Shown here: piece after piece, positions 1 to 9,609 of the stretch
How the letters are laid out: each line of letters opens with the position of its first letter
Numbering within the stretch: position 1 is the first letter of the stretch
Assembly: GCA_963705305.1 (NCBI GenBank)
Contig: OY970067.1
Location: 3,104,001-3,168,000, forward strand
DNA length: 64,000 nt
Direction of reading: 5' to 3'
Origin: an uncultured Methylomirabilota bacterium
GTDB taxonomy: Bacteria; Methylomirabilota; Methylomirabilia; Methylomirabilales; 2-02-FULL-66-22
Translations under genes and position numbers: made by a program
Notes under the pieces: model-generated
What the model saw: the letters and a program-made list of their open reading frames with translations, nothing else
The model's database searches: none
Told to the model about the DNA's origin: nothing

Positions 1-68
1 TAGACGGTCGGGACTCCCGGGGCCCGCAGCTGGAACCCGCGATGGGTTCATGAGAAAGGGGGGATGGC

Positions 69-164
69 ATGGGCAGCGTTGTGAAGAAACGGCGAAAGAA
101 GATCGCCAAGCACAAGTATAAAAAGCTCCTGAAACGAACCAGGCACCAACGCCGGAACAAGTAG
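69..164 (+). CDS. Small basic ribosomal protein bS22 (AURKAIP1/COX24 domain)
   Basis: Manual translation MGSVVKKRRKKIAKHKYKKLLKRTRHQRRNK*; purine-rich RBS upstream; too short for the ORF track. Confidence 0.9.
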   Translation: MGSVVKKRRKKIAKHKYKKLLKRTRHQRRNK

Positions 165-475
165 GATGCCGGGACTGTGAGGGGCCGGATGTCCGCAAGG
201 GAGGCCACCCGGCGGCAGTCCGGCCCCTGTTTCTGCGGGCGCGTTCAACCTTTTCCGTTTGTCGGTGTCTCAAAAATCGAGGGGACCCCGTGGGTACTCG
301 GCGAAGCAATTCTTCCTCTGCCGGGTCCAGAGCGATATTGCCGGGCGGTCCGGCCGCCCCCCCGACGGGGCGACCGCGGACCGAGAATGCCTTCGATGTC
401 TCGCGGACCCACCCGGGCGAGGTCGCCGATCCTCCCGTGGATCGGCGGTCGCCGGACGTGGATTGAGGGCGGGTC

Positions 476-1078
476 TTGTCTCGCTCAGACTTCGAGGTGA
501 TCCGGCAGGTCCTGGACGGAGACAGGGAGGCGTTCGGGATCCTGGTCCGCCAGCACGAGCAGAGTATTTATCGGCTGGTGTATCGGATGACCCATAATGC
601 CGAGGATGCCCGGGACCTGGCCCAGGAGACCTTTCTGCACGCCTATCGGGCGCTGGGCACCTTCCAGCGTCAGGCCAGCTTTGCCACGTGGCTCTATCGG
701 ATTGCGATGAATCTCTGTCTCAATCATCGCAAGGCGGCTGCGCGGCAGGATCCGGCGGAGGTGGGGGATCGCCTTGCCGATGACCGCCCCGATTCCCTGG
801 AAGCCCTCCTGACGGCGGAGCGGGATCGGGCGCTGGCCGCGGCGATCCAGGCGCTGCCTCCACAACAGCGGGCGACCCTGACCCTGCGGGTCCACCAAGG
901 TCTCAGCCACCGGGAGATCGCCGAGGTCCTGGAATGCGCCGAGGGGACGGCGAAGGCGAACTACTTCCACGCCGTGCGGGCCCTCCAGCGGCAGCTTCGG
1001 GAGTTCCAGGAAAGCGGCGGGGCGGCAGGGCAGGGGAAGGGCGAAGCGGCGGAAGATCGGCATGACGCGACCCCCTGA
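476..1078 (+). CDS. ECF RNA polymerase sigma factor
   Basis: Region 2 DARDLAQETFLHAY..SFATWLYRIAMNLC; region 4 LPPQQR..GLSHREIAEVL..GTAK. Confidence 0.93.
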   Translation: MSRSDFEVIRQVLDGDREAFGILVRQHEQSIYRLVYRMTHNAEDARDLAQETFLHAYRALGTFQRQASFATWLYRIAMNLCLNHRKAAARQDPAEVGDRLADDRPDSLEALLTAERDRALAAAIQALPPQQRATLTLRVHQGLSHREIAEVLECAEGTAKANYFHAVRALQRQLREFQESGGAAGQGKGEAAEDRHDATP

Positions 1079-1106
1079 TCCTCACTGGAAAGCGACAGGT
1101 GCTGCG

Positions 1107-1649
1107 ATGAGCGAGTGCGACGAGATCGAGGAGTGCATACTGGATGGTCTGGAGACGAATCTCGCCCCGGCGCGGCGCGCCCGGATGGCCGCGCATCTTG
1201 ACCGCTGTCCGCGCTGCGCCCAGGAGGCGTCGCTCGTCCGCGAGCTGTTGGGAGGGGTGGAGCGCTTGCCGGTGCCTGAACCCCCACCGGACTTCTGGAG
1301 AGGTTTCGAGGAGTCCGTTCGGCGCCGCGTTGCTCAGGAACCTTTGCCCAGACCTCCCGCCCTGGGCTGGCTCGCGGACTGGCTGAGGCGGTTTGGCGGC
1401 CCCCAGGCGGTCCCGGTTCTGGCAACGGCCGCCGCCCTGGCATTGTTCCTCGCCATCGGACTGCTTCACACGCCGCGCCCGGCCCGCGAGCTGGCCATGG
1501 GAGAGGTGCCCGGATCGGCAGAAGAGCTGCAGATCGCGCAGAACCTGGACGTCCTCGAGCACTTCGATCTCCTGGAGAACCTGGATGTCCTGGAGCAGCT
1601 TCCGCTCCTCGGACCTCCGGCGGCAGGAAGCTCCCCGCAGATGGGCTGA
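1107..1649 (+). CDS. Zinc-binding (ZAS/zf-HC2) anti-sigma factor with one TM helix
   Basis: HLDRCPRC (HxxxCxxC) motif, hydrophobic segment, directly downstream of the ECF gene. Confidence 0.85.
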   Translation: MSECDEIEECILDGLETNLAPARRARMAAHLDRCPRCAQEASLVRELLGGVERLPVPEPPPDFWRGFEESVRRRVAQEPLPRPPALGWLADWLRRFGGPQAVPVLATAAALALFLAIGLLHTPRPARELAMGEVPGSAEELQIAQNLDVLEHFDLLENLDVLEQLPLLGPPAAGSSPQMG

Positions 1650-1996
1650 GGGCGCCGATGCGAGGACGGCGGCTTCCGGTTGGCGCCGGGAGCCCTGCTG
1701 AGCGTTCTGCCGGTCTGGCCGGGCGGGCCGATCGGCAGGTAGCGGCGGGCCCGCCTCCTGCGGTCGGCGTTTTATCCGGTCGCCGACTCTCCCGCACGCG
1801 ACCTTCCGATGGGGCGATTCTCCCTTCGGTGTCCGACCACAAATCTGCTACGATATTTGCGGGGCCGCAGGATGTCCCGGGCGACCCCCCAGAAAGGCGC
1901 GGGACCCTCCAACGCGAGACGGGCTTCCCGCGCCCGGCCGATGGATTTTCCGGGGAAACACGGCGAGTGCACCCCGAGCGAGCAGAAGGACAGGAG

Positions 1997-3367
1997 ATGA
2001 ATCGTCCATCCTCCTCTTCGATCGGCGATGAGACGGCGGTCGCACCGGGACGGCGGTTGCGCCTCGGAATCGAGCGGGTCGTGTTCCAAGGCGACGGGCT
2101 GGGCCGGCTGCCGGACGGTCGGGTGGCCTTCGTTCCGTACACCGCGCCGGGCGACGAGGTCGAGGTGGAGGTGGTGGGCGTCCGGGGGGACTTCATCCGG
2201 GCGGAGCTGGTGCGGGTTCTGACGCCCTCCCCGGCCCGCACCGATCCGCCCTGTCGGTACTTCGGCCGATGCGGCGGGTGCCAGTGGCAGCACATGGAGT
2301 ACGGCGCCCAGCTTTCCTGGAAGCGGGAGATGCTCCAGGAGCTCTTGGTGCGCGTCGGCAAGCTGCCGGGAGTCCCGGTGCTCCCGCCGATCCCCCTCGG
2401 CGAGCCCTGGAGGTACCGGGGGCGGGCCCAATTCAAGGTGGCGGCGGGGGAACGGCCCGCCATCGGCTTTCACCAGCGGGAGACCAATCGCGTGGTGGAT
2501 GTGGAGGCCTGCCCGCTCTTGCATCCCCAGCTGGAGGGCGTCCTGCGGGTGCTGCGGGGGATGCGGCACCCGACGCTCGCCGGCTTGTTCCCCGGGGCGC
2601 GGGATGTGTGGGCGAGCGTGGGCTCCGGCACGGGCGAGACGCTGGTCTCGCTCTTCGCCCGCGCCAGAGATCGCGGCGCCATCCGGCTGCTCTTCCATGC
2701 GATCCGGGAGGAGGTGTCCGGACTTCAGGGCCTGGTCCTGCTGGACGGCGACCCGCGCCACCAGCCGCGCTGCATTGACCGCCACGGGTCGGGGGCGCTT
2801 CACGAGCAGGTGGGGGAGCACCGCTTCCGGGTGGACGCCACCGCCTTCTTTCAGGTCAGCGGTCTGGCAGCCGAGGCGCTGACAGCCCAGGTCCTGGAAG
2901 CTGCGGAATTGACCGGCGCCGAGCGGGTCCTCGACCTCTACTGCGGGGTCGGCACCTTTACCGTCCCCCTAGCCCGCTCGGCCCGCGAGGTCGTGGGCAT
3001 CGAGGCCGTCGCGCCGGCCGCCGCCGATGCCGTCCACAACCTCTCGCTGAATGGCTGCCCGGCGGGGCGGGTGGTGCACGGGCAAGTGGAGCAGATCCTT
3101 CCCGGCATGGCTAGGAGCGGGGCGTGGGATGTGGTCCTGCTGGATCCTCCCCGCCAGGGGAGCAGCCGCCGCGTTCTGGAAACGATTGCCGGGATGGCCG
3201 TGCGGCGGCTGATCTACGTCTCCTGCGATCCCAGTACGCTCTCGCGGGACCTGGCTGTCCTAGCCGGGGTCGGATTCCGCTGCCTGCGGCTCCAGCCGAT
3301 CGATCTGTTCCCCCACACCTTCCACCTGGAATCGGTGGCGCTGCTGGAGCGGCCGGCCCCCGCGTGA
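1997..3367 (+). CDS. rlmD: 23S rRNA (uracil-5)-methyltransferase RlmD/RumA
   Basis: TRAM domain, CRYFGRCGGCQWQH Fe-S motif, DLYCGVG, LDPPRQG, YVSCDPSTL, DLFPHT; RBS AGGAG before ATG 1997. Confidence 0.92.
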   Translation: MNRPSSSSIGDETAVAPGRRLRLGIERVVFQGDGLGRLPDGRVAFVPYTAPGDEVEVEVVGVRGDFIRAELVRVLTPSPARTDPPCRYFGRCGGCQWQHMEYGAQLSWKREMLQELLVRVGKLPGVPVLPPIPLGEPWRYRGRAQFKVAAGERPAIGFHQRETNRVVDVEACPLLHPQLEGVLRVLRGMRHPTLAGLFPGARDVWASVGSGTGETLVSLFARARDRGAIRLLFHAIREEVSGLQGLVLLDGDPRHQPRCIDRHGSGALHEQVGEHRFRVDATAFFQVSGLAAEALTAQVLEAAELTGAERVLDLYCGVGTFTVPLARSAREVVGIEAVAPAAADAVHNLSLNGCPAGRVVHGQVEQILPGMARSGAWDVVLLDPPRQGSSRRVLETIAGMAVRRLIYVSCDPSTLSRDLAVLAGVGFRCLRLQPIDLFPHTFHLESVALLERPAPA

Positions 3368-3580
3368 CCGCGGGCTTGCCAACCGATCCCACTTCCCGCA
3401 TAATGCACCCGGCTGCCGCCGGGCCGCCCCGGGCGGGGGAGACGGCCGGACAGGCAGCCGGGCTTCCGGAGGCGGGACGGGAAGCCGCGGGGGCGGTGGC
3501 GCCAACGCAACCGCACATGGGGACGGACGAGCCCGGGTGCCTCCGGGCCTGCGTCCTCCCAACAGCGCGAGGGAATCAGG

Positions 3581-4102
3581 ATGCTCACGGGAACAGTCTC
3601 CTCGGTCTTCGGAAACGACATCAACACCGACGACATCGTTCCGGCGGCGTACCTGCAGCAAAGCGACGACCCCGAGTATTTTGCGACTTTTGCCTTCACC
3701 CGATATGACCCGGAATTCCGCGCGCGCTGCCTCCAGCGCCCCGCCAACATCGTGGTGGCGGGAAAGAACTTCGGCTGCGGCTCCAGCCGCGAGCAGGCCG
3801 TCTACGCCCTCCAGTTCAACCGGGTGGTCTGCGTCATCGCCGAGTCCTTCCCCGATATCTTCTACCGGAACAGCCTGGCCAACGGTCTGACGCTCGTCAG
3901 CATGGTCGATCGGAGCGGCCTGGCGGCGGGGGACCAGCTGGAGATCGATCTGGAGAACCGAGTGGTGATCAACCGGACCAAGGAGACCCGACACCCGTTT
4001 GAGATGAAGGGGGAGGACCTCCGGACATTTCATGCCGGCGGCATGACCGCGCGTGTCCGCGCGCACCTCGACGAGATGTTGGCGGGACGGCACGGCCGCT
4101 AA
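3581..4102 (+). CDS. leuD: 3-isopropylmalate dehydratase/homoaconitase small subunit
   Basis: DINTDDIVP and GKNFGCGSSREQA motifs. Confidence 0.85.
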   Translation: MLTGTVSSVFGNDINTDDIVPAAYLQQSDDPEYFATFAFTRYDPEFRARCLQRPANIVVAGKNFGCGSSREQAVYALQFNRVVCVIAESFPDIFYRNSLANGLTLVSMVDRSGLAAGDQLEIDLENRVVINRTKETRHPFEMKGEDLRTFHAGGMTARVRAHLDEMLAGRHGR

Positions 4103-4220
4103 GGAATTGCGGATTGGCGATTGCGGATTAAGGGAACGCCTCCTCGCGTCCCGCTTCCGCCCTCCGCCCTCCGCCCTCCGCAATCCGAAATCCGAAATTC
4201 GCAGTCCGCATTTCGAAATC
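4103..4220. repeat. Intergenic heptameric tandem repeats (AATCCGC/AATCCGA-like) in inverted arrangement
   Basis: ttgcggattggcgattgcggatt ... cgcaatccgaaatccgaaattcgcagtccgc; related tracts at 5648-5690 and 21361-21440. Confidence 0.7.
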
Positions 4221-4241
4221 GTAGCCAGATGGAGTGATCAC

Positions 4242-5588
4242 ATGGGACAGACGATGGCCGAGAAGATCGTGTCGCGGCGGGTCGGCCGGCCGGTGCGGGC
4301 CGGCGAGGGGATCGAGCGCCTGCCGATCAGCAAGCTGTTCTTCAACGACGTCATCGGTCCCCCCGCCATCAAGAGCCTGACCAGGCTCTTCGGAGAGACC
4401 TTCGCCAAGCACGGGACGCCGGTTCGGGCCTTCGACCCCCGGCGGGTCTTCATGATACCGGACCACTCCGTCCCCGCGCACTCGGTCGAGGTGGCGGAGG
4501 GGGTGGACCTCATGGAGTCCTTCGGTCGGGAGCAGGGGATCACGGTCCATCGGGAGGGCGACGGGATCGAGCATGTGGTGCTGATCGAGGGTGGGCACAT
4601 CGTTCCTTGGGACATCGTCCTGGGGACCGACTCCCACACGTGCACGAACGGCGCCATGGGCGCCCTGGCGTTCGGCGTGGGGACCACCGACGGCACCTAC
4701 GCCCTGGCCACGGGCCACCTCTACGATTTCGTGGTGCCCGAGACGCACCGCTTCGAGCTGACCGGGAGCTTCCGCAAGGGGGTGTACGCCAAGGACCTGA
4801 TCCTCTACATCATCGGCACCCTGGGGGCGGGGGGCTGCTCGCGGCGCGTGGCCGAGTTCGTGGGAGAGGGGGTGCGGCGCCTGGGAATGGATGCCCGGAC
4901 GACCATCTGCAACATGGCGGTGGAGATGAGCGCCCGCACCGCCATCATGCCCACCGACGAGACGCTGGAGGCCTACCTGCGGGGACGGGCGCAGTGGCCG
5001 GTGGAGCCCCTCGCCAGCGACCCCGACGCTTCCTACGCGGCCCAGCTCAAGGTGGATCTGTCCCAGCTGGAGCCCATGGTCTCGTTCCCCCACAAGCCGG
5101 CCAACGCCACGCCGGTATCCAAGGTGGCGGAGATGATGGCCAAGAGCCAGGCCCAGCCGACCCCGGACTTCCCGCCGGTCTCCAGCGACAGGATCACGGA
5201 TGCCTTCCTGGGGGCCTGCACCAATGGCCGTTACGAGGACCTGGTGGAGGCGGCAAGGGTTCTGCGCGGCCGCAAAGTTCACCCGGACGTGTCCTTCGTG
5301 GTCATCCCCGCTAGCCGGCAGGTCTACGAGCGCGCCATGGACGAGGGGATTCTCCAGGTGTTCATCAAGGCCGGGGCCAATGTCGAGTCATCCAACTGCG
5401 GGCCCTGCTTCGGCAGCCACATGGGCGTTCTGTCGCGGAAGGCCCAGATGATCAGCAGCAGCAATCGGAACTACCAGGGCCGCATGGGCTCGCGGGAGGC
5501 GCGGATCTTCCTGGCCAGCCCGGCCACGGTGACGGCCAGCGCCATCGAAGGGAGGATCGCCGACCCGCGCAAGTATCTCGACGGCTAG
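4242..5588 (+). CDS. leuC: 3-isopropylmalate dehydratase/homoaconitase large subunit (aconitase family)
   Basis: GTDSHTCT, GACTNGR, CGPCFG, SSSNRNYQGRMG, LASPATV motifs; substrate not resolvable from sequence. Confidence 0.85.
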   Translation: MGQTMAEKIVSRRVGRPVRAGEGIERLPISKLFFNDVIGPPAIKSLTRLFGETFAKHGTPVRAFDPRRVFMIPDHSVPAHSVEVAEGVDLMESFGREQGITVHREGDGIEHVVLIEGGHIVPWDIVLGTDSHTCTNGAMGALAFGVGTTDGTYALATGHLYDFVVPETHRFELTGSFRKGVYAKDLILYIIGTLGAGGCSRRVAEFVGEGVRRLGMDARTTICNMAVEMSARTAIMPTDETLEAYLRGRAQWPVEPLASDPDASYAAQLKVDLSQLEPMVSFPHKPANATPVSKVAEMMAKSQAQPTPDFPPVSSDRITDAFLGACTNGRYEDLVEAARVLRGRKVHPDVSFVVIPASRQVYERAMDEGILQVFIKAGANVESSNCGPCFGSHMGVLSRKAQMISSSNRNYQGRMGSREARIFLASPATVTASAIEGRIADPRKYLDG

Positions 5589-5647
5589 GCGGCGGGGCAG
5601 CTCGGCCGTCTCGCTGCCCGACTGCCTCGCCGGCTGGCGGCACTCGG

Positions 5648-5690
5648 AGATTTCCGACTGCGGACTGCGAATTTCGGGTTCCGGATTATC
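5648..5690. repeat. Heptameric repeat tract between convergent genes
   Basis: gatttccgactgcggactgcgaatttcgggttccggatt; same family as 4103-4220. Confidence 0.6.
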
Positions 5691-6366
5691 GCTGGGCGCT
5701 GCCGACGATGTGGGGGGACACGAAGGGCACGGGAACCCGGATGTGCTCGTAGCTGACGCGGGAGAATCCGTCCTGGTCCAGGATCTTCCAGGTCTCCCGG
5801 TCGGGCGAGCAGCCGTCTCCGAAGACGTGGAAGAGCGGCCGCACCCATCGCTGCGCGCGGCGAAGCCGCGTCCCGGCGGGGGCCGCCACGTGCTCGATGA
5901 ATACGAAGCGGCCGCCGGGCTTGAGGACGCGGCGGATCTCCGAGAGGGCCGCCTTGAGGTCGGAAACCGAGCACAGGACCAGCGTGCTCACGACAGCGTC
6001 CACGCTGGCATCCGGCAGCTCCAGGCGCTCAACGGTGCCACTCCGGATGTCGGCGTCGAGGCCCAGGCGGGCGGCCTCCCGCGCGAGATACGGGCGCATG
6101 AACGGATTGGGCTCGATCCCGATCCAGCGGATCCCGGGCGGGTAGTAGGGGAGGTTCGCGCCGGCCCCCGGGCCGATCTCCAGGATGTCACCGCCGAGGC
6201 CGCCGAGAAGCGCCCGCTTCCGATCGGCCACCAGCCGCTCGTAACGCCGCATGCCGTGCGCCAGCATGAAGGCCATGAGCCGTTTTCGCAGTGCCATGAC
6301 ACGACGCGTTGCGCCCCCCGCAACCCGTTGGTCCGAGGGGCGCATGCCGAGGCGATCGGGGTACAC
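5686..6366 (-). CDS. Class I SAM-dependent methyltransferase
   Basis: ILEIGPGAGAN motif I, DAVVSTLVLCSV, RVLKPGG; start codon uncertain. Confidence 0.88.
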   Translation of the reverse strand: MYPDRLGMRPSDQRVAGGATRRVMALRKRLMAFMLAHGMRRYERLVADRKRALLGGLGGDILEIGPGAGANLPYYPPGIRWIGIEPNPFMRPYLAREAARLGLDADIRSGTVERLELPDASVDAVVSTLVLCSVSDLKAALSEIRRVLKPGGRFVFIEHVAAPAGTRLRRAQRWVRPLFHVFGDGCSPDRETWKILDQDGFSRVSYEHIRVPVPFVSPHIVGSAQR

Positions 6367-6369
6367 GGT

Positions 6370-7263
6370 CTACGACTTCAGGTACTTCGTGAACCAGGCC
6401 ACGCAGCGCGCCCAGGCGTCCTTGGCCGCCTCGGGGCGGTAGCTGGGCCGATAGTCCGCGTTGAAGGCGTGGGGCGCGCCGGGGTACGTCACGAACTCGG
6501 CGGTCGTCCCGGCCGCCTTGAGCGCGGCCTCCATCTCTTTGACATCCGCGACGGGAATTCCCTGGTCCGCCTCCCCGTACAGGCCCAGGACCGGCGCATG
6601 GATCTGGGAGGCGATGTCGAGCGGGTCCACCGTCCGGATACCCGGCGTCTTGGCCGCCTTGATCGGGCCGTACCAGGCCACCACAGCCTCGACCTCGAGA
6701 TTATGAGCGGTAAAGAGGAGCGCGTACATGCCGCCGCGGCAGAAGCCGGTAACCCCGATCCGGTCGGCGCGGGCCGCCGGGTGCCGCTTGGCGTAGGCCA
6801 GGACCGCATCCAGGTCCCCCATCACCTGCGCGTCCGGAACGGAGTTGGCGACCGTCATGACCGATTGCTGATCGGGCAGCTGCATGGTGCCGCCCTGGCG
6901 GGCGTAGGGCTCGAAGGTGATCGCCAGGAAGCCCTCCCGGGCGAATCGGCGGGCGATGTCCTGAATGTGCTCGTGCATGCCCCACACCTCGGGGACGACC
7001 AGGACGACCGGGTACCGTCCCGCGCCCGCGGGCCGGGCCTCGTAGATGGGCACCTGGAAGTCGCCCACCCGGACCGTGGAGGCCACGGTTGCGAGTCCGT
7101 CGGCGGGGGTGTGGATCACCTGGGCTGCCACGGGACCGGCGGCGATGGCGAAGCCCGCCAGGCTCACCCCGGTGGCGCCTACGGTCGTGAGGAATTGTCG
7201 CCGAGAGACCCCCTCCCTCGCGTTCGACAGCCAGTCGTCGAAATCCGATTTCCGATTCTCCAT
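6370..7263 (-). CDS. Dienelactone hydrolase family protein with Tat signal
   Basis: SRRQFL twin-arginine motif, GFCRGG nucleophile, YGEAD, APHAF. Confidence 0.9.
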   Translation of the reverse strand: MENRKSDFDDWLSNAREGVSRRQFLTTVGATGVSLAGFAIAAGPVAAQVIHTPADGLATVASTVRVGDFQVPIYEARPAGAGRYPVVLVVPEVWGMHEHIQDIARRFAREGFLAITFEPYARQGGTMQLPDQQSVMTVANSVPDAQVMGDLDAVLAYAKRHPAARADRIGVTGFCRGGMYALLFTAHNLEVEAVVAWYGPIKAAKTPGIRTVDPLDIASQIHAPVLGLYGEADQGIPVADVKEMEAALKAAGTTAEFVTYPGAPHAFNADYRPSYRPEAAKDAWARCVAWFTKYLKS

Positions 7264-7485
7264 GCGGCTCGCTCCTCCGCTGTGGTTTGACACGCCGGTG
7301 ATGCGCATGACGCCTGCTGATCCGACCCCTCTCCGGCCGGGGCTGGCGCTTCTTTACGTTACACAGCTAATGGGACCTTGGCAATCGCGATTCTGCTTTC
7401 GTGATTCTTTCACGGGCCTGATCGGCTACAATACGCCGTCCGTGCGGACGGGTCGATCCCCCATTCACCCAAAGGAGGAGACGAG

Positions 7486-7782
7486 ATGGCCGGTATGAAA
7501 GAGTTTGCAAGCCTCTACTATCGCGAGGGCGCACTGGACCCGAAGACCATGCAGCTGGTGGCCATGGCCGCCATGGCGGCCGCCGGCTGCACGTCCTGAG
7601 TACCGGGACGCTTCGCGGCCGCGAAGCAAGCCGGCGCTACCGACGACGAGATCATGGAGACCCTGTACTACGCCATGCGCGGGGCGGCCCGGGCCGCCTG
7701 GAGCACCATCAAGCATATCGACGGCATCGAGGAGCTGAACAAGCGGTACCGGGAGAAGCTGGACCGCGAAGCCGGGAAGTAA
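7486..7782 (+). CDS. Carboxymuconolactone decarboxylase/AhpD-like selenoprotein (CxxU), 98 aa
   Basis: RBS AAGGAGGAG; MAGMKEFASLYYREGALDPKTMQLVAMAAMAAAGCTS[TGA 7597-7599]VPGRFAAAKQAGATDDEIMETL...*; CMD-type sequence continues past the TGA; hairpin follows. Confidence 0.85.
7603..7634 (+). promoter_or_regulatory. Putative bacterial SECIS element
   Basis: CCGG-GAC-GCTTCGC-GGCC-GCGAAGC-AAG-CCGG stem-loop; the G-starting apical loop begins 17 nt after the in-frame UGA. Confidence 0.7.
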
Positions 7783-7906
7783 TCCTGCGCCCGCGGTATA
7801 TTCGGCCGGCCCCTCCGCCGCGGCGGAGGGGCCGTCGCCTTCCTGGCGCCGATGGATCCCAGCCCCCGCGACGGCGCGGGCGGCTCACCGAGAATGGGGT
7901 CGGGTC

Positions 7907-9449
7907 ATGGACCAGAGCACTACCACTGCCTACGACGAGCTGATCCGGCGGGCGAAAGCGCTTGCCCTGCTGGAATCTTGCGGGATGCTGCTCTACTGGG
8001 ATCAGCAGACCTACATGCCTCCCAAGGGTTCCGCGCACCGGGCCGAGCAGTCGGCGTTGCTGGCGGGCCTGGTCCATCGGCAGCTCACCGATCCGCGCGT
8101 CGGGGATCTGCTGGCTGCGGCGGAGGGAATCGCAGCGACCGCGGCGGCAGATGCGCCCGTCGCGGTGAACACGCGGGAAATCCGGCGCATGTACGACCGG
8201 GCCGTCCGGATCCCGGAGGACCTGGTGACGGAGCTCGCGCGCACCGCGTCCCTGGCGCGGGATGCCTGGGTGGAGGCCCGGCGCGCCTCGGACTTTCTCC
8301 GCTTCCGGCCCTGGCTGGAGCGGGTCGTGACCCTCAAGCGCCAGGAGGCCCAGGCGGTGGGCTTTGGCGACACCCTGTACGATGCGCTGCTGGACGAGTA
8401 CGAGCCCGGCGAGCGGGCGGCCGGCCTGACGGCGCTTTTCGCCGACCTGCGCCGCGGGCTGGTGCCCCTGGTGGAGGCGATCCGGGGCTCGGATCGGCGG
8501 CCGGACCCTTCGATCCTGCACCGGGAGTATCCGCTCTCCGCCCAGGAGGCGTTCGGCAGGGCCGCCGCCGAAGTCATCGGATTCGACTTTCAAGCCGGCC
8601 GGCTGGAACGTCACGGTGCATCCGTTTTGCAGCGGCCTGGGCCCCGGGGACACGCGCATCACCACGCGCTACAACCTGCAGGATTTCGGGGACGCGTTCT
8701 TCAGCATCCTGCACGAGGCGGGGCACGGCCTCTACGATCAGGGGCTGGACCCGGCCCAGTTCGGAACCCCCCTGGGGACCGCCGTCTCGCTGGGCATCCA
8801 CGAGTCCCAGTCCCGCCTGTGGGAGAACTTGGTGGGACGCAGCCGGGCGTTCTGGGAGCACTTCTTTCCGAGAGCCCGGCGGGCGTTCCCCGGCGCCCTG
8901 GACGGGGTGGATGTGGACACCTTTGTCTTCGCCGTCAACGACGTCCGTCCCTCGTTCATCCGGGTGGACGCCGACGAAGCCACCTACAACCTGCACATCC
9001 TGCTGCGGTTCGAGCTGGAGCAGGCGCTGCTCGTGGGGGATCTGCGGGCGGCGGACCTGCCCGGGGCGTGGAATGAGGGATTCCGGCGACTCTTCGGGCT
9101 CACGCCGCCGGACGACGCCCGGGGATGCCTCCAGGACGTCCACTGGAGCGGAGGCGGAATCGGGTACTTTCCCACCTACGCCCTGGGGAACATGTATGCC
9201 GCCCAGTTCTTCGCACGGGCCCGCACCGATCTGAGCGGAGTGGAGGGTCAACTCCGGCGGGGCGACTTTGCGCCGCTACGGGAGTGGCTGCGGGCCAACA
9301 TCCACCGGCACGGCCAACGCTACCGGGCCGGCGATCTCGTGGTCGCCGTCACCGGCGAGCCGCTCAGCCCCCGCTTCTTACTAGACCACCTGTGGGGAAA
9401 GTTCGGCCCCCTGTACGGTGTCGGGTGCCCGGCGCAGTCCGGCGAGTAG
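7907..9449 (+). CDS. Carboxypeptidase M32 (Taq-like), +1 frameshift at ~8607
   Basis: WDQQTYMPP, HPFC, HEAGH, HESQS, IRVDADE, GYFPTY; removing one A restores RLDVTVHPFC. Confidence 0.88.
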
Positions 9450-9480
9450 ATTCGGCGCACGGGCGCACCGCTACGCTCGG

Positions 9481-9545
9481 GCGCAGGGGAGCAGGGAGGA
9501 GCGGGAGAAAGGGAGAATCGGAGAAGCGGGGAGCCGGGGTAACGA
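9481..9545. repeat. Purine-rich octamer-like tandem repeat between convergent genes
   Basis: gggagcag ggaggagc gggagaaa gggagaat cggagaag cggggagc cgggg. Confidence 0.5.
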
Positions 9546-9609
9546 AGAGGCGGTCGAACCGGTTCCCCGCTTGGCGGTCGTCGCGAGAGGGTGAATCTCG
9601 GATCGGCAC

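Noticed and set aside
7398..7416. CGTGA-N5-TCACG palindrome between the hydrolase and selenoprotein genes as a CRP/Rex site
   Set aside because: Spacing is 5 nt, not the canonical 6; too short to assign.
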